Shown one piece after another: positions 1 to 10,900 of a DNA stretch of 36,321 nucleotides. Source of the DNA: Vitrella brassicaformis CCMP3155. Lineage: Eukaryota; Protista; Chromerida. Location: contig CDMY01000653.1 of NCBI GenBank assembly GCA_001179505.1, positions 1 through 36,321 of the forward strand. Direction: 5' to 3'. Position 1 is the first letter of the stretch. Each line of letters starts with the position of its first letter. A model generated the notes under the pieces. The model ran no database searches. It saw only the letters and a program-made list of their open reading frames with translations, and was not told the origin of the DNA. The position numbers and the translations under genes are program-made.

Positions 1-612
1 CGATGGACTTGCCGCGCGGCACCCATTCATGTGTCGAGCACGATCTCCTTGACGAAGCTGCCAGCACCTCTCGAGACCTAGCTGCATGGGGACTGGGGGC
101 CGCAGTCTGTCTGAGTGACAAAGACGCCTACAGAGAGAAGGTGCAGGGGAGAAGCTGAGGGCGTGTGTGCAAGATAATGTGACTATGGGCTATCAGGCCT
201 TACCAAGCATTTGGAATGAGGTTGTGTGTGTGGGTCATGAGGCGAATCCGAAGTTGCTCGAAAGGTATCGCGTCAGCATCGGTGAAGTAAAGACCATATA
301 GGTCGGTCTTCATCGCAATCGCACCTTCATCAAGAGGGCAGAAAAGGTCTGCTAAAGGCCCTTGACGGCATGGCCGATCCGTTGACGTCCTTCATCCTTT
401 TCCTGAGCAGACAAGCGCACAAACAGAGAGAGATGTCATGTGGGAAGCCTTCTGGCTGCTTCTCGCTTCGTGTGTGGCCTCTCTCTGTGTGAGCCTCTCT
501 GGTGCTCTTGTGATTTCGGAGAGAGCATGCGCCGTTAGCGTGTAAACACTCTCTGATTTTGAGGGCTTTTTCCCATTGCAGGGGAGCGGGGCGGCGGCTG
601 ACGTGTTCAGCT

Positions 613-636
613 AAACCCTAGTTATGCGTAGGGTTT
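613..636. promoter_or_regulatory. Inverted pair of telo-box-like octamers (AAACCCTA-8 nt-TAGGGTTT)
   Basis: AAACCCTA at 613-620 and its exact reverse complement TAGGGTTT at 629-636. The sequence is seen directly; any regulatory role is inference. Confidence 0.35.
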
Positions 637-730
637 GCGAATTTCGTGAATGCTGTTGTGCAGGAGTGCACAGCAGGCAGGCACCTTCCCACACACGGAT
701 GTGCACAGGGGTGGGCTGGTGTGCAGAGAG

Positions 731-830
731 GGAGGGAGGGAGGGAGGGAGGGGGCGTGCACTGCGCATGGCTCTCTCTCTCTCTCTCTGCGCGCGCGCGT
801 GTGTGTGTGTGTGCGTGTGTGTGTCCATGC
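731..830. repeat. Compound microsatellite (GGAG)n-(CT)n-(CG)n-(TG)n
   Basis: Seen directly; typical of the simple repeats in introns and intergenic DNA throughout the window. Confidence 0.9.
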
Positions 831-971
831 CTGCCTGCCTGCCTTTATGATTGCGTGCGCTCATGGCCCATTCATTCCAAACAGTCAGTGCATTCATGTC
901 AGTCATCGGCCATTCATTCAGCAGCCCAGCCGTGTGTGTGTGTCATTGGCACGCACACACACACACACACA

Positions 972-1075
972 CTGACTGCATGGAGGGTGTGGGGTGGTGT
1001 GTACTCTGTGTGTGTTGACTGACTGGGTGATACGATAGCTGGCTGATTGACATGACAGCAGAGAGACAAACAGAC
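972..1075 (-). repeat. Left copy of ~105-bp inverted repeat (partner 4533-4636)
   Basis: Its reverse complement (tctgtttgtctctctgctgtcatgtcaatcagccagctatcgtatcacccagtcagtcaacacacacagagtacacaccac...ccatgcagtcag) aligns by eye with 4533-4636, with a few substitutions and short indels. Confidence 0.9.
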
Positions 1076-1092
1076 AGAGGTCACATAACTGA

Positions 1093-1575
1093 AAGCAGGC
1101 AGCGTCGGGTGGCAAACGCCGAGTAAGTTCTCACAAAAAGATAGTCGCATCGCATCCACCACACCACACCACACCACACCACGCACAGCTGGTGGGTCGC
1201 CATGACGTGAGCAGAGGAGGCTATGGGGAGTCAGATAGCTCTGATGATGGCACGGTGCAGTTGTGGAGCCTGCAGGGGCGCTATCGATAGATCGGTGTGT
1301 GGTTGACTAAGAGAGACATGTGCAGCAAGCAAAGCACTGTCAGAGACCAATCATGTCGTACGTAGGCCATGCTTCGTGACATGAATGAACCACTACTCGC
1401 TGAGGTGGGTGGATGTTGTGTCCAAACATCCACGGACGTGTGGTCCATCGCAGTCAGTCAAACGAACCGGTTCATATAAAACGTAGAAGCAGGCAGCATC
1501 GGGTCGGGTGGCAAACGAACGCCAAGTACTCACTCACCAATAAATAGTCGCATCCACCACACCACACCACGCACA
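1093..1575 (+). repeat. ~90-bp imperfect direct repeat (1093-1187 and 1487-1575)
   Basis: Both copies read aagcaggcagc.tcgggtggcaaacg...atagtcgcat...ccaccacaccacacc...acgcaca. Confidence 0.85.
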
Positions 1576-1643
1576 CTCTCACGCACCGCACCGCATGCAG
1601 ACACACACACTCACTCACAGAGAGCAATTAAGTACATCTACAG

Positions 1644-4302
1644 TCATGTTGAGCGAATTGTCACGGTGTTGGACGGTTTGCCTTTGGTGCCGTCGGCCAT
1701 CAGGGGCACCACTTGCCACACACAGCACTCTGCAGCACTGCCCTCGCTCTCCTCCACGCTGTTCCTGACGGCCTCGACCAAATCGACCAACTCACTCGTC
1801 GACACACCGTCCTCAAAATGCTTTTTCTCCACTTGCCGCGTCACCGTCATGGGGGCGCCCTCACGCTCGCCCACCAGCACCTCCCACCCCACCACACCCG
1901 TGGCACCGTTCCTATCGACAGACATCAAAGACACACACACAGAGATAGACGCGTTCATTGGAGTCAGTCAGTGCACTCACTCATTGAATGTATCTATCGT
2001 GTCTGTCGTACCGCACTCACTGCCCACGCTCACTCACCAGCTGAAGTGCAGCGACGGGCTGGTTGCCACAGCGGTGCTGCCATGGCCACTACCATTGTCT
2101 TGGTTGGCCACCATTAGTGTGGGCGGCTCGGCCGGCTCCCCTTGCCACCGATGCCGCGTGGCTCGATAGGACGAGCCGTGCACAAACTGCATCTCCAGCA
2201 CCTTGCTGCTGGTCTGGGGGTCGATCTCGGTGTAGAAGGGCATCAGCGGCTTCCCGATACCGCCCCAGTCTATCGCGTAGTTGCCGTTGTCCAGCAGCTG
2301 GGAGCTGCCCGTCGCCCACGTGTATAAGTCCGGCGAGTGCCGGTACTCCCACACCTGTGTGGCTGTCATGGCGGCCTCGTCAACGCGGTAGCTGACGGCT
2401 CGTGAGTACTCGGGAACGTCACGCGGACCGTTGTCATACATCGTCAGCAGCAGAGTGCCATTGTCTTGGGTCAAGAGCCGGACATCGTGTTGGAATGAAA
2501 AGGGCCGCGATTGGTTGATGAAAATGAAGTCGTTGAACCCCTCCTTGCCTCCCAGGCGCCACAGGATGGTCCCTGTGTCTCGCGACACCTTGACGACGCC
2601 CAGCATCCGCAGCGACATGATGATGTGCCCGTCGCTGGACCAATCCACTGAGTTGACGTGCGCCTGACCGAACCGACCACACATTCACAGAGGGACGAAG
2701 GGAGGATACAGTACACACACGATCGAAGCCCAAAATACCCCTATCCTCATCCAGTTCTCACTCACAAGGTCCCAGAAGGGGAATTGCTGTGCGGCAATGG
2801 TGTATGTGTTCCGCGTGTGGAAGAGTGCATCGGGCAGCTTGATCCCGTCCCACGACCGCCACTCGTAGACCACGTTCCCCTCTGCGTCGAGCTCCTGCAC
2901 GATGGCCCCGGCGAGCGTCTTGGTGGTCGATTCGCCCCATATGCTGGGAAGCTCCTCCAGCGGCAGGCCGTGTTCTTTCATGGCGGCCTCGTGTGGCTGC
3001 AGGTCCACTGGCTGGATGTCGTAGGCCATCAGCAGCACATGCCCGTCCTCGCGCAAGTGGATGCCGTGCAGCTCTGCTTCGTACCTGCACACCACACAGC
3101 CAAGGCAAGCAGACAGAGCAGACAGGGCCCGGCCCGTGTGTGTATGCGATGCGTGTCTGAGGGCAGGGCAGCCAGGCCAGCAGCCACTCCCACTCACTCA
3201 CCCACCCCTCCCCACCCATGGCCAGGTCGGTGTGTCTTGACCTCCGTGTACGATTTGTCAAGCTCCACATACAGCAGCCGCCGCTCGTCGAAGTAAGTGA
3301 GGTGCCCCGTCCGCTGCTGCACAGTGAAGTCCGCATGGCCGATTCGCTGCGGGTGGTCCTGCCGCTCCAGCCGCCGATGGAACACCGGCTCGCCTGAGTC
3401 GTCCAGTATCAGTAGGTAGGGGGCGAAGCCAGGGGCAGTGGCATTGTCGCCCTCCACCAGAGTTCGCAGGATGATGTTGGCTGCGAAGATGTAGCCCTCT
3501 GCTGTCGCCCCCCTCTTGGCTGGCACCGTGACGTTGACCAGAGGGAAGTCAGAGGGAAGCGTGATAAACGAGCTGGGAGGGGAGATGAAGCTCTGCGTGG
3601 CCGCGGCCTTCTCTGCCGATGATGCCTGCTGCTGGTGCTGCTGATATGTTGGCTGTGGCTGCTCCGTCAGTCTGCGCAGCTTGTCACCAGACTCCTTCGG
3701 CGACACGGTGAACCTCCAAGTGTATCCCTCCAGCACGGTGACAGCTTCGTTCGCCTCTTTGACGCGCAGCCCAGGCTTGACGTGGACCGTGACGGTCTCG
3801 CCCGCTGCGAAAGGCGACGAGGGCTCGAAGATGACCATGCTGCCCCCCTCAACCAGCTTCACAGAGCCATCACACCCACCACTCTCAGAACCTGCAAACA
3901 GGCGAAAAGAATAGGCACAGCGCTGGAGTGCTGCACACAAAGATCGGTGTAGATAGTCGCTGGCTGACCGTGTACTGTCATGCCGGGCCCATCCGAAGCG
4001 CCCCTCTCCACGTTGGCGAGCGACAAGGTGGCCGAGTCACCGATGCCGCCCACACGAAGGGACACGGTGGTGTATGGCGAGACGAGTGAGGCTTCGGGCC
4101 GTGGATTGATGTAGCGAAAGGGGCTCGGTGAGGGTGAGGCCCGGGATTTCCTCGCGTCTTCGTTTTCCTCCCGAATGAGAGACCTCTTGGCGTTTGCTGG
4201 TGCTGCTGGTGTTGGTGCTGCTGGTGTGGCTGCGGTCGTTTCTAAGGGGTACAGAGTCATGGCGACAGCCAGGAGCATGGCCAGATGGGGGACAATTGTC
4301 AT
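1644..4302 (-). CDS. Secreted aryl-sulfate sulfotransferase (ASST family) with N-terminal Ig-like domain; 5 exons
   Basis: Exons 4302-3969, 3891-3216, 3084-2766, 2663-2038, 1911-1644 join in frame at GT-AG sites. Signal-peptide-like N-terminus (HLAMLLAVAMTLYPLETTA). Ig-like segment FRYINPRPEASLVSP...VIFEPSSPFAAGETVTVHV. ASST motifs LPSDFP, YLLILDDSG, ELHGIHL, VVYEWRSWD, DLAHVNS, WRLGG, FQHDVR, YDNG, SRAVSY, GSSQLLDNGN, SYRA, SWNGAT. Confidence 0.9.
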
Positions 4303-4532
4303 CGCTGCTCATCTCACTCCTAGCTTAGAATTTCTATACCATTATTTCATCCTGGCGTCCGCTCCCATTAATTATGACGGCACGCGGCCTCTGCTGCCTC
4401 TGTGGCGCAAATGTTGAGAACGTGGGTGACTGCATATCGTGAATGTCTGTCTGTCTGTCTGTCTGTTTGGGCTGCGGCAGCGTCCGCCCGTTTCCTCGTG
4501 CTAAGTAGTCTCAGACTGTTCAGCGATGTCTT

Positions 4533-4636
4533 TCTGTTTGTCTCTTGCCATGTCAATCAGCCAGCTATCATATCACCCAATCAATCGACACACACAGAGT
4601 ACACACCACACCAGACCACACCCACCATGCAGTCAG
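4533..4636 (+). repeat. Right copy of ~105-bp inverted repeat (partner 972-1075)
   Basis: See the left copy; the two copies enclose the whole sulfotransferase gene. Confidence 0.9.
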
Positions 4637-4912
4637 CCAGGTCTTCACAGTGTGTGCGTAGCATATACATGGTGCGTGTGTGTCCATCAAAAAAGACATA
4701 GGGTGGGTGAGTAGGATCCCACCCAGACCCACACCCACACACGGACACGCAAGTGCCATGCAGAATCCACTGACACGCACACACAAACACCCCTGTTGGT
4801 ATCAATCATCCCCCAACCAACCAGCAGCCTCAACCAATCACTCATCCCTTTAGGAATACGACTACTCCCCCCCCTCTGGTGCCCCTGTGTGTATTGTATG
4901 TTTCCTCTTACT

Positions 4913-7900
4913 TCAAGCCCCTTCCTGCCCCCCACCGGCCTTGCTGCTCTGACCCTTGCTGGCCTTCTTGCCGCCGTGGTTGTCCTCGACCAAGCTCACG
5001 TCCTCAATCTCCACCTTGCCACGCAAAGACCGCCGCAGAGGCTCACTGAACGAGTAGTCGCGCAGAGCTGCCTTGGCGGCCACCTTTTTGCTGTTGACCC
5101 TGTTGACCAGAGCGCTGTCACCCTCCTTGCTGCTCTCCCCCGCTGCCACCGCACCACCGTCACCATCACCATCACCATCATCGACCCCATTCTCCTCGGC
5201 CTGGTCGGCCTTGAGGAGCTTGCTGGGCGGTTGTTCGGCAGACGGCTGGGGGGCTCTCGAGCGGTCTCTCTTGGGACGGCGGGGGGGAGCATTGTGGTGG
5301 TGCTGCGGGGGCTCGGCTGAGATGGACGCTTCGCTATCACGACGGGCACCACGGGGGCGGAGGGACCTCTTGTGCTTGCTCTCGACCACCATCTGAAGAA
5401 CAGGGAGGCAAGACAGACATCCGCCGGTGCATAGACGCTACGTTGTTGCTGCTCTTGTGACGTGGGGTGGGTGTCGTCACCTTATCGTTGAGCCCTTCAG
5501 GGGGGATGACGGGAGAGCTGGCCGACGGGTCACTGCCCATGGCCTGCAAACACACACACACACACACACACATTTCAAATGAAGAGGAGTGTAAGTCAGT
5601 GAGTGTGGTGTTCACCTCTCCGGCCCCCAGGCCATTCAGAGCCTCCATATTGTTCTCGGCGTCCTTGTCGTTCCTCCGCAAAGGCCCCTGCCGCTCTCCT
5701 AGAGGCTCTTCATCCCCTCCATCCCCACCACCACCATCAGCGTCTGGCTGCTCTGAGTTCGATCCACCACCCGCACAGGCCGCCGCTGCTGCTGCTGCCG
5801 CTGCCGCTGCTGGTCCTGGGCCGCTGTCGCCATTCTTGGTGTGCTGAGAGTCGTTCTCGCTCATGTGTTGGTCATGGTCATCCTCATGGTTGTCATGGGG
5901 AAGTAGCGGAGAGAGCAATGGGGGGATGGGTGCGGGGGGTGCTGGGGCTGCTGCTGGGTGGTCGTCCGACGGCTTGTCAGAGGGGGAATGGCCGTCAGCG
6001 GGCGCCTGGGGCTTGCCCTCGCGCTTGGCTCTCGCAGTGTCCCCGAGATTCGCCCTGATCTGCTCAGGCCTCGTCGCGAACAGATGGCTGATGACCATCT
6101 GGTTCTGCAGTCTTCTTGGAAGACTCAGGAGGTTCAGGGAGCGGCCGGGGGCGTCGGCGCTGCGATCTGGGCTATCATCAACAAACTGCACAGATAGACA
6201 GACAGATGGATCAACACACACACATACGGGATTATGTGGGGTGAGAGGTGGGTGCTTTGTGCTGTCTGTTCTGTGTGGTCTCTCGTTCGTTCCATCATGA
6301 CGTTCATTGATTCGTTCATTTACCTTGTCCAGCGATTCGTCAACAACAGCAGCGGCAGCGGCCGCAGCGGCCGCACCACACGCACCACCCGTCTGGCGGC
6401 TGTTATCTGCTCCACACGCCCCTGCGCCACCCTCACGACCAACCAACTCGCTACACTCAGCCTGACCGACGCACACCAGAACACACCCAAGCTAATGCAC
6501 ATCAATCACATACGGCCGCATTATGGCCGGCCTTGTTGTGGTTTCCCTCCGTCTGTCTGTCTGTCCCTACCATGTTTTGATCATTGCTTGAGGGTATCTC
6601 CTTCTCCTTATCGCCGCCCACATCTTCCTCTCCACCGCCGCCCACCTCCTGAGGGGGCACTACTGGTGCCCCAAGCACCACAAACTCGTTGTCACACGCA
6701 AAGCCCATCGCCACGTCGTCAGATGAACCGTCAGCACCACTCGCACCAGCAGCAGCTGCTGCTGCACCGCCGCTTTCACCAGGTTCCTCATGTGCACCCA
6801 CGACCTGACGAACGAACAAGGCAGAAGGCAGGGCGCCCCACACATGCATGGCGATCGACCCCAGCTTGCTGCCTGCCTGTCTGCCTGTCTGTCTGTCTGT
6901 CTGTCCATTTGCGCGGTAGTGCTCTGCCCACCTGGTCGCTTGGCGAAGTGGTAAGGGCTGCCGCCTTGTCCTCTTGCACGGCTTGGCGCTTGTTCTCCTC
7001 GTCGTCTTTCTGGTCCTTCTGCTTGGCCTCGTCCATGTCGAGTGGCTGCATGGTCTCACCGGCATCAAGCGCTGGGAGCTGTGGCGTGAGTGGGCGAGTT
7101 GCGGACGGAGGGCGTGGGGGCAGCACGGGGGACTGGGACTCCTCGGCAACAACACACTGAATGCGATGCACCCCCACCAGCCATCCAGCGACACACGGAG
7201 AACAAACAACGGGATGAGTGAGTGGCCGTGTCTGTGTCGGTCTGTCATCAATCGTCCCATCCCCTCTCACTCACCTGGTCAGCGGGAGAGCAGGGGCCTC
7301 CTCGCTGCCTGTGCGACGATCCATCCCCACGAATGCGGCCGGGGCCCCGCTCCCCACCGCCCCCCTCGTCTGACCGCAGAATCCCGTCCGCCTCATTGAT
7401 GTCGTCACAAGCCGCTGCTGATGCAGATGCCGCTGCTCCTTGTGGTGGTGGTGGCGCAGCGTGGCTGGTGCGAGAATCGGCGAGGTGTTGAGGCAGCTGC
7501 AGGGGCGGCCGGTCCCTGACAGTCTTGTTCCTGACCTCCACAGCTTTCTGCAGCGCCAGGCGGACGCCTTTGCGGGTGGGTTTGATGGGTATGGGCAGAG
7601 CAGGGAACGGGCCCGCGGCGAAATGGCCGTCGCGGAGGGCGACCATGACGTCGGGACCGTCGGTGCCGTTGGCGGCCGCCACCAGGGCGAGCTGCTCGCT
7701 GGCATAAGCCGCCACCTCCTGGCTGCTCAGTACGGCATCATCACCTGCAGCACCTGAAGTGGACGAAGCCCCATCTGCAGCAATCGGTGAGGTGACACAC
7801 ATTACATGCATTACCGAAGCACATCCATACCTCCCTCCCTCCCTCACTCCCTCCCTCCATGACCTTGGTTATCGTGTTCCCCTTCTCCATCCTCATCCTC

Positions 7901-10900
7901 GTCGTCTCCCCCATCGTCAGGCTCGCCGTCGCTACCCTCAATGACGACCTCGTAGTCACCCTGACCATCTCCCACACCCTCGTCGGCCTTGTCGGCGCCA
8001 GCGGGGTGGTTCTGGTCCGACCAGAGCGACCGGATGGGGGGATTACCGATCGTCTTGGCCAGCCGATTGCGAGTCTCGACGGCCTTCTCGAGGGCCTTGT
8101 CGATGCCCTCTCGGGTGCGTTTTTGGGGGTTGATGGTGCGGGAGGAACGGTGTCCACTGCCTTGGCGGAAGCGGATCACCCACGCGGAGTCGTACCAGAT
8201 GACGTTGATCCTCTCGGAGCTGTTGAGTCGACGCAGCTCGGCCAGCCGCTGCCTGGCGTAGCGGTCGAGGGCGTCCCTGTCCACCTCAGCAGCAGCAACA
8301 GCAGCAGCAGCGGACGAGCCTGAACAGCAGCAAACAAAACGACACGTATGTGACTGACTCGGCGGGAGTGTGGTGTGGGTGTGTGTCCTGTGGCACCCAC
8401 CTGCAGAGGCCTCTGTCCTCCCTCTCGCCCGTTTCTGCGGCTTGCGGTGGTATTGCTCTGCAATGATGCATTGAACCACCAAATGTGATTGATGTGCGCA
8501 CAGCCATCCCATCCCATCCCTCCACTGTTGTTTGTGTTTTGTGTCGTGCAGTGCAGTGCAGTGCAGTGCACCCATGGATCTCTCCCCCTTTGTGTCTCTG
8601 TGGCTCACTCACCGTCTGCATGGTCGTGCTCGTCGTCTTCCTCTTCCTCCTCCTTGACGCGCGCCATCTCGCCTGACCCCTCAGCGACGCCACCGGTGCC
8701 AGCCGGGCAGCCCGGCGGCAGCGACTGGATGGCGGGACGGCCCAGATCCCTGGCTACTTGGTTGCGGATGGCCATAGCCTCCTCGAGGGCCTTGTCGATG
8801 GCCTCGCGTGTGCGGGGCAGTGGTGTGATGGTGCGCCACACCCGGCCTCCCTTGTGGCGGAACTGGATCGACCAGGCGAACTTGTGCCACCTGAGATTGA
8901 CGTTCTCGGTGTCGTTGAGGCGACGCAGATCCGCCAGCCGATGCTTGGCGTAGCGGTCGAGGGACTTGATGTCCACCGACGCACCACCATCAACCGCATC
9001 TGAACGAACACCACACACCCGCCCATCCATCCAGCCCTCCCTCCCTCCATGAATGCACCTCCCCCCCTTTGCGTGTGGCTCACTCACTGTCTTGTTCCTC
9101 GTCCTCATCTTCCTCCTCTTGCTCGTCCTCAGGCGCGACGCTGCTGCCCTCCATCTCGCTACCCTCACCATCGCCATCCCCCCCTCCATCGGGCCCTCTG
9201 TCGTCACTCCGGTGACGCCGAGGCGGCAGCGACTGGATGGATGGGTAGCCCATGGTCTCGAGCAGTTTGTTGCGCTTCTCGACTGCCTCCTGCAGGGCCT
9301 CGTCGATGCCCTCTCGGGTGCGGGCCTGGGGGCGGGAGGTGGCGTAGTGCGCCTTGCCGTCGTGGCGGACACAGACTTGCCATCTGCCGTCGTGGTGCCA
9401 GCTGATGTAGGTGCTCGTGTGGCGGTTGAGGTGACGCAACTCGGTCATCCGGTCCTCGGCGTAGCCGTTGAGAAGGCCACCCCTCCTGGCCGCAGCAAGA
9501 CGAGACGAACCTGGAGACCATAGCAGGCACAGAAGCAGCACAGCACAATACAACACATACTCGGACAGACATGCACTCACGTGGGTGTGTGTGTGTGTGT
9601 GTGTGTGTGTACCTGGAGATCCTCCTCTCCGTTTCCGCCTCTTACGCGCCCTTTGGTCGTGCTCCTCTCCCTCTCCCTCCTCGTCGTCATGCTCGGCCAT
9701 GTCCATCTCATCGCCATCATTGCCATCTCCCACGCCCTCGCCCTCGCCCTCGTCGTCACCGCCGTGGCGGGGGGGATAGCGGAGAGGGGGAAGGCCAACC
9801 GTCTTGGCCAGCCGATTGCGCTTCTCGACTGTTTCCTTCAAGGCCTTGTCGATGGCCTCCCGGGAGCGGCCTCGCACTCTGATTCTGAATGACCTCTGCT
9901 GGTTGTCGAGGCGGATCTGAATGACCCAGCCGTTGCGGTGCCACATGATGTGGGTGCCTCTGGAGCCATTGAGGCGACGCAGCTGGCCCTGCCGCTCCAC
10001 GCCGTAGGCCTCAAATGCCTTCTTGTCTACCTCACTCGCACCATGCGCCGTGCCGATCTCTACTTCCTCCTCGTCCTCAGACGCGCCCCCCTGCAGCTGC
10101 TCGTCTCCTTCGCCCTCATCGCCACCACGATGCCGCGAATGCAGCGACCTGATGGGCGGAAGGCCAGCCGTCTCGGCCAGCCGGTTGCGAGTCTCGATCG
10201 CCTCCTCGAGAGCCTTGTCGACGGCCTCTTGGGTGCGGCTTGACGGGCTGATGGTGTCGTAACTGGCTGATCGACCTGACCGGCCGCCGACTCGGATCAT
10301 CCACGTGAACTGATGCCACACGATGTAGATGCCCTTGGCGCCGTTGAGGCGGCGCAGCTGCGCCAGCCTCTGCTTGGCGTAGACGTCGAGGGCGTCCTTG
10401 GCGCCCACCGACTCACCACCAAACGAGCCTGCACATCACATCACATCACGCCCACAAAATCAGCACACACAGGTGTGGTGCGCATGCGGGTGTATGTGTG
10501 GGTTGCGTAACACGCACCTGACGATGGCTCTCGACCCCTCTTGCGCGCCCTGTGGTCAACGTCCATCTCGACCTCCCCATCGCCGCCACCTTGCTCCTTC
10601 CTCGACAACCGACGCAGCGCCCGCAGCAAACGGCCCTCTCTCGGCACTCTCGGGCCATGGCCACCATCACCAGTACTTGACGCAGCAGCAGCAGCAGCAG
10701 CAGCAGCAGGTGCTGCGGCTGCGACAGCAGCTGCCGCTGCTGCTGGTGGTGACTCCCCGCGCCTCCCTCCGTGGGCAAAAAGATCGACCGGCTCCCCAAG
10801 GACAGGGCGAACGCATTGTGGTAGGCCCCACTCTGTGGCGATGCGGTCTCGGTGTCTGACGGCCTGGGAGAGGGATCGGTCGATCTCCCGGGGCGTGAGG

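Noticed and set aside
1-600. Exon-like fragments on the minus strand near the window edge
   Set aside because: Every frame I tried hits stops quickly and no motif is recognisable, so I cannot support a gene call.
622-1186. Several 65-130 aa ORFs rich in THTH/CVCV/REGG
   Set aside because: Translations of microsatellites; the same artefact explains most short ORFs across the window.
972-4636. Autonomous DNA transposon
   Set aside because: No transposase ORF and no visible target-site duplication; kept only as an inverted-repeat observation.
7495-10400. CRISPR-like repeat-spacer array suggested by recurring ~60-bp similar segments
   Set aside because: The repeats are in-frame coding duplicates, diverge at third codon positions and are irregularly spaced; there are no cas genes and the context is eukaryotic.
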